Source: a bacterium (GTDB taxonomy: Bacteria; UBA8248). Taken from it: a stretch of DNA of 64,000 bases. The notes below the pieces were generated by a model. That model worked only from the letters and a program-made list of their open reading frames with translations, was not told where the DNA came from and did not search any database. Shown here piece after piece: positions 1-10,401 of this stretch. The position numbers were made by a program, and so were the translations under genes. The stretch covers positions 2,976,001 through 3,040,000 of the forward strand of contig OZ244799.1 in assembly GCA_965219955.1 (NCBI GenBank). Direction: 5' to 3'. Positions within the stretch are counted from its first letter, which is position 1; each line of letters begins with the position of its first letter.

Positions 1-1875
1 GTCGATTCTCCCCCGGGAGGCGGAGGGCGAGAAATTCCGTCCGAAAAGACGCCCCCCCGCCGTGGCGAACACCTTGTCGACGGCAGGGTCGCGCACGAGC
101 ATGTCGTGGATCTCGCGCGTCACCTGTTTGGTGTATTCGAGGGTGCCGCCCGGTGAGAAGCGGATGTCGACCGAGATGCGCCCATCGTCCACCTGGGGCA
201 GGAGTTCGTTGCCCAGCTTGCCGATGAGCGTGTAGCTGCTCGCGCAGACGGCGAGGGCGAGGATGATGACCACCCAGCGGAGGGTGAGAACCGGCCTCAA
301 GAGAAAACGGTAGAGCCGGTTGGCGAGGCCGACGAACCAGATGAAAAGGCGGAAGAGCGGAAAACGGTTGAAGCCGCTTCTCATCGGAATTTGCAGGAGC
401 CGGGCGGAGAGCATGGCCACGACGGTGAGGCCGACCGCGAGGCTGCATATGAACGCCAGCGTGATGGTGAGTATCAACTCGCGGAACAGGAGCGCCACGT
501 AGCCCGATACCAACAGAAACGGCATCACGGCGGCCACGTTCGTGAGCGTGGAGGCCACCATGGCGCTCTCCACCTCGGAGGAGCCGCGCTCCGCCGCCTC
601 CACGGGATCGTCCCCTTCCGCCTGATGGCGCGAAATGTTCTCGAGCATGACGATGGCGTTGTCCACGAGCATACCCACGCCGAGCGCCACGCCGCCCAGG
701 CTGAATATGTTGAAGGTGAAGCCGAGCACCCACATGAGGAAAAACGTGAAGACAGAAGCGATCGGAATCGCCAGGCCGATGATGAGCGTACGCCTGAGGC
801 TCCCCAGGAAACAGAGCACCACCAGTATCGCCAGCGTGCCGCCCACCAGGGCGGAGGAGAGGACGTTCCTGATCGAGGCGCGTATGAAGAAACTCTGATC
901 CGAAATCGGAACGAGGGTGACGTCGGGCGGCACGATGCCGTAGCGCGTCAGGAAGGCGAGCCTGTCGCGCAGACCGTCCACGACGGAGACCGTGTTCGCG
1001 TCCGGCTGCTTCAGAGCCACCACCTTGACGCTCTCGTCGCCGTTCAGCCACACGAAGATGCGCCGCTCCTTGCCGGCGTCCTGAACCTTTGCGAAATCGC
1101 GCAGATAGACCCGGCGGCCGTCCTTCGTGGGGAAGATCAGGCGCGAAAGCTCCCCCGCGCTCTTGAGCTTGCCCGCCGTCCGGCTCGAATACTCCCGGTG
1201 GGGGGTCTTCACCCGTCCGGCGGCCAGGTCCATGTTCTCGGCGCGCATCCTTCTCAAGACGGCGGGCAGGTCGAGCCCCAGGCCCTGCATCCTCGGCAGG
1301 TCGACCAGGACCTGCACCTCCTCGTCCTGGCCGCCGAACGCCTCCACCGACGCGATGCCGGGGACGGTCATGAGCTGGGGAATGAGCACCTTCCGCGCCC
1401 AGGTCTGAAGCTGCGGCCCTTTGAGGGTTTTGGAGGACAGCGCGTATTCGATGATGGGCACCTGCGCCGGGTCGGACTTGAATATTCGCGTGTTCTGCAG
1501 CTGATCCTGTATCTCCTGCGGCAGGTTTCTTCTGGCGACGTTGAACTTGGTGATGGCGTCCTGGAGCGCGAGATCGATGTCGCGGTCGAAGTCGAAGAAC
1601 ATCCACAGGCGCGCGGCGCCCTCGCGGCTGATCGAGAAGATGCGCACCACCCCCTGCGTGGTCGCGAGTTCGCGCTCCACCACCTTGGTGACCTGCTCCT
1701 CGACCACCTTGGGGTCGGCCCCCTCGAAATCGATGCCGATGAAAATCCGGGGATAGACGATTCTGGGCAGAAAATCGACAGGCAGCCGCGTGAGCGCGAA
1801 AAAGCCGAGCACCAGGGCGCACACGACGCCCATGATGGTTCCCACGGGCCTTCGAATGCAGCTTCGGCTCAGCAT
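1..1875 (-). CDS. RND efflux transporter permease subunit (AcrB/AcrD/AcrF family), 3' end outside window
   Basis: Read manually on the minus strand: MLSRSCIRRPVGTIMG...LPVDFLPRIVYPRI...GGLALGVGMLVDNAIVMLENI, typical RND motifs. GAGGAGG RBS precedes the ATG at 1875. Not in the ORF track because the stop lies outside the window. Confidence 0.92.
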   Translation of the reverse strand, partial: MLSRSCIRRPVGTIMGVVCALVLGFFALTRLPVDFLPRIVYPRIFIGIDFEGADPKVVEEQVTKVVERELATTQGVVRIFSISREGAARLWMFFDFDRDIDLALQDAITKFNVARRNLPQEIQDQLQNTRIFKSDPAQVPIIEYALSSKTLKGPQLQTWARKVLIPQLMTVPGIASVEAFGGQDEEVQVLVDLPRMQGLGLDLPAVLRRMRAENMDLAAGRVKTPHREYSSRTAGKLKSAGELSRLIFPTKDGRRVYLRDFAKVQDAGKERRIFVWLNGDESVKVVALKQPDANTVSVVDGLRDRLAFLTRYGIVPPDVTLVPISDQSFFIRASIRNVLSSALVGGTLAILVVLCFLGSLRRTLIIGLAIPIASVFTFFLMWVLGFTFNIFSLGGVALGVGMLVDNAIVMLENISRHQAEGDDPVEAAERGSSEVESAMVASTLTNVAAVMPFLLVSGYVALLFRELILTITLAFICSLAVGLTVVAMLSARLLQIPMRSGFNRFPLFRLFIWFVGLANRLYRFLLRPVLTLRWVVIILALAVCASSYTLIGKLGNELLPQVDDGRISVDIRFSPGGTLEYTKQVTREIHDMLVRDPAVDKVFATAGGRLFGRNFSPSASRGRID

Positions 1876-1888
1876 GAGGCCGTCCTCC

Positions 1889-3352
1889 TCAGGGCCGCGC
1901 GACCCGGATGGGACGCCTGTCCCGCAACTGGGTCGTGGCGCTCACAACCACCCGCTCGCCCACGCGCAGGCCACCCAAGATCTCGATGCGGCCGTCGATC
2001 ATCTCGCCGAGGCGCACCTCGCGGCGCACCGCCATGAAGCGCGGGCCGCGTCCTCCACGAGAGCCGCGCCCCGCGCCCCGCGCGTTCGCTTCGGCCACAC
2101 CCCCGCGCGAGCCGCCTCTCATGCCGGGGCCGCCTCGTCCGGAGCCGCCCATCCCCGCTCCCCTCTGGAACCTTCTCACGACGAAGACCGCACCCGTCTT
2201 CGTGCGCAAATCCCCGTCCCAGATCACGGCGTGAACCGGCAGGTTGATCGCGCGCCTGCCCAGCAGCGGGTCGAACTTCACGCGGGCGAGAAGGCCGGGC
2301 CTCAGGGAAGAATCCAGATTTTGGACGTCCACCTCCACGATGAGCTGGCGCGAACTGGGGTCCACGCTCGGGAAGATCCGCGTCAGCTTCCCCGAGAACG
2401 TGCGCCCCCGGTAGGCGTCGAGTTCCACCCGCGCGCCCTGGCCTCTTTTGATGAGCGGCAGATCCAGCTCGCTCACGCGCACCCGGGCGCGCAGCGTGTC
2501 CGTCTGGGCGATGGTGAACAGATGCGCCCGGTTCACCGCCAGGTCACCGGGTTCGACTCTTCTCTCGGTGACGACGCCGGGTATCGGCGCGCGTACGGTG
2601 AAGTATTCAAGCTCCACCTTGAGCCGCCTCACGCGCTGCAGACGCTGGCTCACCTGCGCTCTCGCCATCGCCAGATCCTCGGCGCGCGCGCCGATTTTCA
2701 CCAGCTTAAGCCTCTCCTGTGCGGCGCGTACGCGGGCGGCGTCTTCGGCGAGGCGGGCCCTCCGCTCGGCCACGTTCGCGCGCGCGCGATTCGCCTCCGT
2801 CGTCACCTTGCGCCACTCCTGCGCGCTGATGACGCCTGTTTTGTGCAAAGCGCCCAGTGAGAGCGCGTTGGCCTCCGCTTCTTCCTGTATGGCGAGGGCG
2901 GAGGTGATTTCCGCCTCGCTTCGCTTGCGCGTCGCCTCCGCCTGGGTGACCGCGGCTGCGGCAGCCGCGATTTCCTCGGGGCGGCTCCCGGCTTTCAGCT
3001 TTTCGAGGTTCGCCCGCGCGGCGGCGAGTTCGCTTTCGGCCAGCTTCAGGTCGATCCGTTTGATGGTGGAATCAAGTCGCGAAAGTATCTGCCCCTTCTC
3101 CACGCGCACCCCCTCCCGAGCCAGGACTTCCTGCGCCTGACCCTCGACGCGGGACATGAGCCGCACCTCGCTTCTGGCCAGAAGTGTCCCCGTGGCCGCC
3201 ACGCGCCTGCCCAGACGGCCCACCGAGACTTCCTGCACCTGAACCGTGACGATGCGGTTTCTACGCCCCCTGGGACGTCCCGCGTAGGCGCAGGTGAACT
3301 CACCCGCAGCGAAGAACACCATGATGAGCACAGCGGCTGTTCTTGCAACCAT
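1889..3352 (-). CDS. RND efflux periplasmic adaptor (membrane fusion protein, HlyD family)
   Basis: ATGTLLARSEVRLMSRVEG...V.KGQIL, long coiled coil, VRAPIPGVVTERRVEPG; lies directly upstream of the RND permease. Start set at MVARTAAV. Confidence 0.9.
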   Translation of the reverse strand: MVARTAAVLIMVFFAAGEFTCAYAGRPRGRRNRIVTVQVQEVSVGRLGRRVAATGTLLARSEVRLMSRVEGQAQEVLAREGVRVEKGQILSRLDSTIKRIDLKLAESELAAARANLEKLKAGSRPEEIAAAAAAVTQAEATRKRSEAEITSALAIQEEAEANALSLGALHKTGVISAQEWRKVTTEANRARANVAERRARLAEDAARVRAAQERLKLVKIGARAEDLAMARAQVSQRLQRVRRLKVELEYFTVRAPIPGVVTERRVEPGDLAVNRAHLFTIAQTDTLRARVRVSELDLPLIKRGQGARVELDAYRGRTFSGKLTRIFPSVDPSSRQLIVEVDVQNLDSSLRPGLLARVKFDPLLGRRAINLPVHAVIWDGDLRTKTGAVFVVRRFQRGAGMGGSGRGGPGMRGGSRGGVAEANARGAGRGSRGGRGPRFMAVRREVRLGEMIDGRIEILGGLRVGERVVVSATTQLRDRRPIRVARP

Positions 3353-3524
3353 CTTCTCGCGGCTCCCGAAAGAGAACTCCGGCGACGAACCATTCACCCG
3401 ACGGATTTTAATACGCGACGCAAACGATCTTATCACAAACCACGGGTGTTCTCTTTTGGACGCGACCGGGTTCCTGGGGGGAGCAAGTCAAGTGGCTGGG
3501 TCCGATGTAAAAAACCGCTGCTCC

Positions 3525-4721
3525 TCAAAAAGACGACAGCCATTCATCTCCGGGCATGATTCGCCGCATGAATTCATCGAACATGGGCACGGTGAAAGCC
3601 GTATCGCCGTGACTCGGACTCCAGACCACCCCTTTGTTAATTAACTGGCTGCGGATGGGCGCCAGAGAGGTTACCCGGCGGTTCATTTCCCTGGCGACCT
3701 CCCCCGAACGATGAGGTCCCTTGCCGAGTTCGGCCATCGCCCGGAGATACTTTTTCTCCATCGGGGCCAGCCTGTCGAATCTGACCAAAAAGAAACTCTG
3801 ATCAAGATCTGCGACGATCTGCCGGGTGGCGATTCCAACATCATAAACCGTGATGGGAGAACACTCGGCGACATCCCATACGTGCTTGCCCCACACCTGA
3901 AGAAAATAGGGATAACACCGAGTCTTGGAGACGATCTCATCAAGAGCGCGAGGCTCTATCTCCACGCCCTCGTCTCTGGCGGGTTTGTCGAGCGCGAGCC
4001 TGGCATCTTCCGGCGACAATGGCCCTATTTCGGAAAAACCAAAAAGTCTTTCGGCGTAGGATTTCGCTTTGCCCATACGGCCTCGCACCTGAGGCAGACC
4101 TGCTCCCAACATGACAACGGGAAGCTGCCGCTGGGAAATCCGATGCAAGGCAATGATCAAGGCTTCCAGTTGCTCTTCCGGCACGTACTGGAGTTCATCG
4201 AAGAAAAACGCCACGCAGGTCGCATCCGCCTGGGCGGCAGCGCCGATGGCCTCGAACAATTCCTGCAAGTCGCTTTCGAGGTTTCCATTGTCCGCCAGCC
4301 CGGGCTCGGGGCTGACGTCCAAACCCACTTCTACATCCCGATAGGTGACTTTCAGGGCCTTCACGAATCCCGCGAGCCCTCTCAAGGCCCTTTGCGCCAG
4401 TTCTTTCGCCGCACGCCTACGCGAGAGTCTCAACAAAACCGTATGTAGTCGAGGCGCCAAAATAGAGGGCAACGATTGGCTTTCGGACGCTTCTATTGGC
4501 AAAACATAGATGCCGCTCGCCTCGGCTTCTTCACGGATATGGTTAAGCAACACCGTTTTGCCGACCCCACGCAATCCGACCATCATAACGCTTTGGGTCG
4601 GTCGCCCTATTCTGGTCCGCTCCAATGCGATTCGCGCGGATTCGCGAACCGCATGCCGACCAGCCAACTCTGGAGGCTGAGTGCCTGCTCCGGGAGCATA
4701 TGGGTTTCGTATCGGATCCAT
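3525..4721 (-). CDS. Standalone P-loop/AAA ATPase (AAA_16-like) with C-terminal winged-helix-like domain
   Basis: NPYAPGAGTQPPELAGR N-terminus, Walker A GLRGVGKT, Walker B FFFDELQ, YPYFLQ motif; lower GC than the flanks. Confidence 0.85.
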   Translation of the reverse strand: MDPIRNPYAPGAGTQPPELAGRHAVRESARIALERTRIGRPTQSVMMVGLRGVGKTVLLNHIREEAEASGIYVLPIEASESQSLPSILAPRLHTVLLRLSRRRAAKELAQRALRGLAGFVKALKVTYRDVEVGLDVSPEPGLADNGNLESDLQELFEAIGAAAQADATCVAFFFDELQYVPEEQLEALIIALHRISQRQLPVVMLGAGLPQVRGRMGKAKSYAERLFGFSEIGPLSPEDARLALDKPARDEGVEIEPRALDEIVSKTRCYPYFLQVWGKHVWDVAECSPITVYDVGIATRQIVADLDQSFFLVRFDRLAPMEKKYLRAMAELGKGPHRSGEVAREMNRRVTSLAPIRSQLINKGVVWSPSHGDTAFTVPMFDEFMRRIMPGDEWLSSF

Positions 4722-4731
4722 AATTTTATGA

Positions 4732-5106
4732 GTTTATATTAAAATTAGGGTCTTTACAATTTTCTTATAAAATAGCTAATTTCACTATAAACCAAGGAGC
4801 CTTTTTCTCAAAGTATCAATGATCCTGGCGCAGAGATAACCCGGCCCGTCTGCACCCGTATGGGTTATGCACCGGGTCATCAGAAAGAGTTTATGGCAAG
4901 GTTAGGAAATTTATATTTTTCTTATAATATGACTAATTTCACTATAATCACAAAATGCCGCTGCCAAGGTCGTACCCCTAGAAGGTTCTCCCCCGCTCCA
5001 ATCCACTTCATGCGGATACGAGTTGGTATGAGGTTCATCGGAGGAGTTTATCGGTAAATTAGAGAGTTTATTGTTTTTTTATAATATAGCTAACTTCACT
5101 ATAATC
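4732..5106. repeat. Three 61-bp AT-rich imperfect palindromes (4732-4792, 4889-4949, 5046-5106) at a 157-bp period; putative operator/promoter array
   Basis: 17-bp arms GTTTATNNNAAATTAG-like and CTAA(T/C)TTCACTATAA(A/T)C separated by 27 bp in all three copies; counted by hand. Confidence 0.85.
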
Positions 5107-5168
5107 GGGAAATTTCAGCCAAACCAACCATTCATCCTGTATAGATGCGCGAAGATAAGGGCGAAGCC

Positions 5169-6038
5169 TCACCGCAAGGTTCGGAACCACGCGGCGATTG
5201 CCTGGCCGATCTCATCCGGAGAGTCCTCCTGGATAAAATGGATACCCGGTACGGTGACTTCGGTCTGGTTCGGCCAGGTGCGGCAGAATTCGCGCTGCTC
5301 GCCTACGAGGATGGCGCCGGGCTCGGCGTTGACGAACAGCTTGGGAACGGGAGACTCGCGAAGCCAGGCGGCGTAATTGCCGACAATTCCGGTTACATCC
5401 GCAGGCTCGCCCTCGACGGGTATCTCGCGCGGCCAGGTGAGGGTCGGGCGGCGGCCTTCCCCGGGTTCTGAGAACGGGCGCCGGTACTCGGCCATCTCCT
5501 GCTCGCTGAGCTCGCGCTTTATCGATCCGGGCAGCACGCGCTCGACGAACACGTTCTTCTCGAGAATCATCGACTCCCCGCTCTCCGAGCGGAACCCCTG
5601 AAAGACCCGCCGCGACGCTTCGGGCCATTGCGCCCAGGTGAGCGGCTGTACGATGGCCTCCATATAGGCCAGCCCACGGACGGCGTCCCGGTGCCGGTTG
5701 GCCCAGTCGAATCCGAGCGCCGAGCCCCAGTCGTGGGTGACGAGCGTGACGCGCTCCGTGACGCCTAAAGCCTCCAGAAGCGCGTCGAGATAGCGGCGGT
5801 GCTCAATGAAGCGGTAACTGCCTGGGCCGCTGCCTTCGAGCTTGTCGGAATCACCCATGCCGATCAGGTCGGGCGCGATGCACCGGCCCAGCGGAGCGAG
5901 GTGAGGGATAACCCCGCGCCAAAGGTAAGAGGAGGTCGGGTTGCCGTGCAGAAAAACGACCGGCTCACCCTCGCCGGTCTCGACGCAGGCCATCTTGCGG
6001 CCGAGCACTTCCATGTGTTTCTTCTCAGTCCACGGCAA
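5169..6038 (-). CDS. Haloalkane dehalogenase (LinB/DhaA-like)
   Basis: [25 protein letters not shown], nucleophile [16 protein letters not shown], catalytic His in [14 protein letters not shown]. Confidence 0.93.
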   Translation of the reverse strand: MPWTEKKHMEVLGRKMACVETGEGEPVVFLHGNPTSSYLWRGVIPHLAPLGRCIAPDLIGMGDSDKLEGSGPGSYRFIEHRRYLDALLEALGVTERVTLVTHDWGSALGFDWANRHRDAVRGLAYMEAIVQPLTWAQWPEASRRVFQGFRSESGESMILEKNVFVERVLPGSIKRELSEQEMAEYRRPFSEPGEGRRPTLTWPREIPVEGEPADVTGIVGNYAAWLRESPVPKLFVNAEPGAILVGEQREFCRTWPNQTEVTVPGIHFIQEDSPDEIGQAIAAWFRTLR

Positions 6039-6166
6039 AGCTGACCTCCCTGTTTCTTTCTCTGCGGGTCATCTTCAGGCTAGCGAGCAACGCGCAGGCG
6101 CACGCCGCAAGAGCCGTCTTCTGTTGCAAGCGACTGAGAGGTTGGGTACCGAGGAATGCCGGAAGA

Positions 6167-7150
6167 CTAGCCGCCGATGGAGCTCATGGTGCGCTCGGGC
6201 TGGACGAACTCCTCCTGGCCGATGAGGTGGCCCGGCGTCTTGGTGAGCACCACCTCGGCGAGCCAGGCCTTTATCTCATCGTCCGGCGCACCGCCCCTGA
6301 GCAGCCTCTTGACGTCGTGCTCGACCGTGGAGAACAGGCAGGTCCGCACCATGCCGTCCGCCGTCAGGCGGATGCGGTTGCAGTCCTGACAGAAAGGCCG
6401 CGTGACCGAGGCGATGACGCCCACCTCGCCCTTTCCATCCTTGTAGCGGTATCGCGTCGCGGGGTCGGAGGGATGGCCGCTCACGAGTTCTAGTTCACCT
6501 TCCACCGACAGGCCCTCCAGAATCTCCTCCGCCGTCAAGACCTTCTCGTGCGCCCATGTGCGGTCCGCATCGAGCGGCATGTATTCGATGAAGCGCACGA
6601 CGTGGCCCGTCTCGCGCGACCACCTGGCGAAGCGCGGCAATTCCTCCTCGCTCAGCCCCTTAACCGCCACCGCGTTGATCTTGATAGGCGAGAAGCCCGC
6701 TTCCGCCGCCGCCTCGATGCCCTCCATCACCTGGCCGAACACGTCGCGGCGCGTCATGAAGAGGAATTTGCCCGCGTCCATCGAATCCAAGCTGATGTTC
6801 ACGCGCCTCAGGCCCGCCGCGTAGAGGTCTTTCGCCATCTTTGGGAGAAAGACGCCATTGGTCGTCAGGGCCAGGTCCATCTCGGGCTGGGCCGCCACCA
6901 TCTGCTCGACGAGGTGGTGGAGATCCTTTCGAAGCAGCGGCTCGCCTCCGGTCAGGTGATAGCCCGTGAAGCCCAACTCGGTGGTGATGCGCACGACGCG
7001 GGTGATCTCCTCGTAGTTGAGAACCTCCTCGTGCGGCAGCCACGTCATGCCCTCTTCGGGCATGCAATAGAAACACCGGAAGTTGCACCGGTCCGTCACC
7101 GAGATTCTCAAGTCATCATGCGCGCGCCCGTAGCGGTCGAATAACGCCAT
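6167..7150 (-). CDS. moaA: GTP 3',8-cyclase MoaA
   Basis: LRISVTDRCNFRCFYC radical SAM motif, FCQDCNRIRLTADG..TCLF second cluster, C-terminal MSSIGG. Confidence 0.96.
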   Translation of the reverse strand: MALFDRYGRAHDDLRISVTDRCNFRCFYCMPEEGMTWLPHEEVLNYEEITRVVRITTELGFTGYHLTGGEPLLRKDLHHLVEQMVAAQPEMDLALTTNGVFLPKMAKDLYAAGLRRVNISLDSMDAGKFLFMTRRDVFGQVMEGIEAAAEAGFSPIKINAVAVKGLSEEELPRFARWSRETGHVVRFIEYMPLDADRTWAHEKVLTAEEILEGLSVEGELELVSGHPSDPATRYRYKDGKGEVGVIASVTRPFCQDCNRIRLTADGMVRTCLFSTVEHDVKRLLRGGAPDDEIKAWLAEVVLTKTPGHLIGQEEFVQPERTMSSIGG

Positions 7151-7154
7151 TTTC

Positions 7155-9116
7155 TTAGCCTTCCTTTGGGGGTGCGGCCATCACCTGGCCGGTCAACGCC
7201 GTATTATACCCCCCTAAAGCCTCCACGGCATCCCGAAAAGCCTTATCGTTCAAAATGTCCATCACCTTGCTTATCGCCGGCGTCTCCCAGTGTTCTTCAG
7301 GCACGATGAAATCGAACCGTTCGCGCTCCAGCGGGATGAAATCGAGGTTCAGCACGTGCGCGGCGGCGAAAATCCCCAGGCCGCAGTCCGCGCGTCCGGC
7401 CGCCACCGCCATGGCCACCGCCATGTGGGTGGTCTCCACCCGCTCATAGCCCCGGACGTCGCCGGGCGAAAGGCCCTCGCGCGCCATGAGGTGATCGAGC
7501 AGCACCCGCGTGCCCGCCCCGCTCTGGCGGTTGACGATGGCGACATCCCCACGGCCCAGGTCGGCTACCCCTGTGATCTCCCTGGGGTTCCCCTTTGGCG
7601 TCAGAATCCCCTGTTCTCTTTGCACGAAATTCACCACCACGACCTCGCGTCCCTTGAGATAGCGCTCGATGTAGTACCAGTTGTACTCCCCGGTTTCCGG
7701 ATCCAGCAGGTGGCTGCCCGCGATGTGCGCCTCCCCGTCGCGAACGGCGATGAGGCCCGCCAGCGAACCCACCGCCGAGGCGGAAAGACGCGTATCGTGG
7801 TGGCGCGCCCTCAACTCGTCCGCCAGCAGGTCGAGCGCGTTGTCGTGGCTGCCGGCCATGAGCAGGTTGCCCCGGATATCGGTGAGCGGCCTCAAAAGCT
7901 CGACCGTGACCTCCTCGCCCGTCTCGATTCCCTCCGAACGGGCGGGCACGCGCACCACGCCGTCCGCCTCAACGAGCGAGCTGATGACGCTGGCCCCGCG
8001 CTTGGCGGGCAGACAGACCATCCGCTCGCCCACCCGGCCGAGCTTCACGCGCAAGAATTCCTCCATCCCGAGCCGCGAGGCGCTCTTTCTGCTCATGAAG
8101 GCCTTGATGCGCTCCTCCTCTCCGGGGGCCGCGCCCGCCATGTGCGCCATGAGCGGCCGCACGAACTCCTGAAGCGCCAGCACCGCCGAGACCGGATAGC
8201 CCGGGATCCCGAGCACGGGCTTGCGCGCGCCCGATTCCGACGCGCAAACGCTCAGTATGGTGGGCTTGCCGGGGAAGATGGCCACGCCGTGCACGAGAAG
8301 TTCTCCCAGCTTCTCCACGACGGCGGCCGTGTGATCCTCACGCCCTGCGGATGAACCCGCGTTCACCAGAACGACGTCGGCACTCTCCAGCGCATCCCGA
8401 ACTGCAGCCTCGATGGCCTCGAACCTGTCTTCCAGAATCGGACCCGGCAGCGCCTCTCCCCCCCACTCGGTGATGAAGGCCGACATGACGCTCGAATTGA
8501 ACTCGACCAGATCGCCGGGCTTCAGGTCGGCGCCCGCTTCCACGAGTTCGTCTCCGGTGGGGATGATGGCGACCCGCGGCCGCCGACGCACCCACACCCT
8601 CGTGACCCCCGCCGCGAGCAGCGCGCCCAGATCGTAGGGCCTCAAAACGTGCCCCGCCGTGAGAATGAGCTGGCCCTCGACGACGTCTTCTCCCGCCACG
8701 CGCACGTTCTGCCAGGGCGAGAGCGCCGCCTCGACCCGGATGGCGCCGGGGGTCGCCTCGTGCACGTGCTCGATCATGACGACGCAGTCCTTCCCCTCGG
8801 GCATCGGGTCACCCGTGTCGAGGGGATGGGCTTCCTCGCCCAGCAGGAACTCCCTGGGACTCACGGGCGTGGCGCCCGAGGTTTCCACTGAGGCGAGGGC
8901 GTAGCCGTCCATGGCGGCGGCGTGAAAATGAGGACTGGAAACCTGCGCGTAGGCCGCGCGCGAGGTTACGCGCCCATATGCCTCCGCCGTAGCGATTTCT
9001 TCTTCACCCAGGCGGAAGTCGCCCACCTTCTCCAGAAGACGCGATAGCGCCTCTTCGCGCGGGATGTTTTCAAGATAAATTTTCCGGCCCCCCTGGGCCA
9101 GGGGCAAATCATTCAT
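7155..9116 (-). CDS. moeA: Molybdopterin molybdotransferase MoeA fused to a periplasmic-binding-protein-like (PBP) domain
   Basis: AAMDGYA, PTGDEL, GSSAGREDHT, PGYPVS, followed by GSHDNALD, GSLAGL and NRQSGAGTRVLLD of the PBP domain. Confidence 0.92.
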   Translation of the reverse strand: MNDLPLAQGGRKIYLENIPREEALSRLLEKVGDFRLGEEEIATAEAYGRVTSRAAYAQVSSPHFHAAAMDGYALASVETSGATPVSPREFLLGEEAHPLDTGDPMPEGKDCVVMIEHVHEATPGAIRVEAALSPWQNVRVAGEDVVEGQLILTAGHVLRPYDLGALLAAGVTRVWVRRRPRVAIIPTGDELVEAGADLKPGDLVEFNSSVMSAFITEWGGEALPGPILEDRFEAIEAAVRDALESADVVLVNAGSSAGREDHTAAVVEKLGELLVHGVAIFPGKPTILSVCASESGARKPVLGIPGYPVSAVLALQEFVRPLMAHMAGAAPGEEERIKAFMSRKSASRLGMEEFLRVKLGRVGERMVCLPAKRGASVISSLVEADGVVRVPARSEGIETGEEVTVELLRPLTDIRGNLLMAGSHDNALDLLADELRARHHDTRLSASAVGSLAGLIAVRDGEAHIAGSHLLDPETGEYNWYYIERYLKGREVVVVNFVQREQGILTPKGNPREITGVADLGRGDVAIVNRQSGAGTRVLLDHLMAREGLSPGDVRGYERVETTHMAVAMAVAAGRADCGLGIFAAAHVLNLDFIPLERERFDFIVPEEHWETPAISKVMDILNDKAFRDAVEALGGYNTALTGQVMAAPPKEG

Positions 9117-9159
9117 TCGCTATACCTGTTTCGATGAGAAAAACCGCTTCGAGGCGCGC

Positions 9160-10401
9160 TCAATAGAGATGCACGCGCACCTGCGCTCCCTCGCGCAGCC
9201 CCTCGGCTTCGAGCGGAATCGTGATGTAGCCGTCCGCCTTCGTCATGGTGGAGATCATCGCGGAGTTGCCCATGAGGGGATGGGCGAGCCGCCCGTTCCC
9301 GCCCTCTTCCAGCGCGACGCGGACCAAATCCTCGCGCCCGGGAGCGGAGGCCACGTTCCTCGACAGGGTGGCCGCAAGACCTTCCCTCTCCATATCGGTG
9401 CGGGTTGCCTCCCCGCTCAACTGCCTGATGACGGGCCGTACGAAAGCGTGAAAGATCATGAGCGCTGATACCGGGTGCCCCGGAATTCCGATGACGGCCT
9501 TGTCTTCGCCGTCTCTCTCGATCCGGCCGATGATGGTCGGCTTGCCGGGCTTGATCGATATGCCGTGCACCAGAACGCCCGGTTCTCCCAGAGAGTCGAT
9601 GGCCTCGACCGTGTAGTCGCGAAGGCCCATGGAGCTTCCGCCGGAGATGAGCACGACGTCCGCGCGGCCCACCGCTTGATGGAGGCGTTCTTTGATGATT
9701 GCGAGATCATCAGGGAGGATGTCTTCGGTCTCAGGCTCGCCGCCCGCCTCGACCACCCCCGCCGCCAGGGAGAAGCGGTTGATGTCGCGCACCTGACCGG
9801 CGCGGGGCGTCTCGCGCGGGTCGACCAATTCATCGCCCGTGGGCAGTATCGCCACCCTGGGGCGGCGGTGGACTTCTATCGACGTGACCCCCACGCCCGC
9901 GAGCGCGCCCACGTCCTGGCTTCTCAAGCGCGCGCCCGCTCCAAGAATCAACTCGTCTTTTTCGAGATCATCGCCTACGCCAAGGACGTTCTCGCCCACG
10001 GCGGCGGGTCGCCTGACCTCCAGGGTCTCCTCATCGGGAGCGGCAGTAAACTCCTCCATCACCACGGCGTCCGCGCCTTCCGGCACCATGCCGCCCGTCA
10101 GGATGCGCGCCGCCTCGCCCCGTTCGACCGAGAATCCCGGCGCCGCACCCATCGGCACCTGGCCGATGACGTCGAGATAGGCGGGAATGGCCTCGCTCGC
10201 GCCGAAGGAATCCGAAGCCCGGAGCGCGTAGCCGTCCATCGTGGCTCGCGGGAAATCGGGCAGGTCGACGGGGGAGTGAACATCACAGGCCAGGACGCGG
10301 CCCACGGCGTCAAAAGAAGAAACGCGCTCCGCCCCCAAGGCGCGGAAACCCCAAAGCGCGCTTTTCGCTTCTTCGGGGGATACGACCTTGAAGAATTCCA
10401 T
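9160..10401 (-). CDS. moeA: Molybdopterin molybdotransferase MoeA (gephyrin-like)
   Basis: RATMDGYA, TGGMVPEGADAVVM, PTGDELV, SGGSSMG, IKPGKP, IPGHPVS. Confidence 0.94.
   Translation of the reverse strand: MEFFKVVSPEEAKSALWGFRALGAERVSSFDAVGRVLACDVHSPVDLPDFPRATMDGYALRASDSFGASEAIPAYLDVIGQVPMGAAPGFSVERGEAARILTGGMVPEGADAVVMEEFTAAPDEETLEVRRPAAVGENVLGVGDDLEKDELILGAGARLRSQDVGALAGVGVTSIEVHRRPRVAILPTGDELVDPRETPRAGQVRDINRFSLAAGVVEAGGEPETEDILPDDLAIIKERLHQAVGRADVVLISGGSSMGLRDYTVEAIDSLGEPGVLVHGISIKPGKPTIIGRIERDGEDKAVIGIPGHPVSALMIFHAFVRPVIRQLSGEATRTDMEREGLAATLSRNVASAPGREDLVRVALEEGGNGRLAHPLMGNSAMISTMTKADGYITIPLEAEGLREGAQVRVHLY

Noticed and set aside
2040-2170. Gly/Arg-rich insert in the RND adaptor
   Set aside because: Low-complexity Gly-rich segments are common in membrane fusion proteins; no further signal.
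391-2860. Long plus-strand ORFs (548 aa, 356 aa) and similar antisense ORFs elsewhere (e.g. 24974-26761, 48685-51513)
   Set aside because: Shadow ORFs opposite well-supported genes, expected in high-GC DNA; no recognisable motifs.
4732-5106. CRISPR array interpretation of the 157-bp periodic repeats
   Set aside because: Repeats (61 bp) and spacers (96 bp) are too long, the repeats are degenerate, the spacers partly resemble the adjacent gene start, and there are no cas genes in the window.
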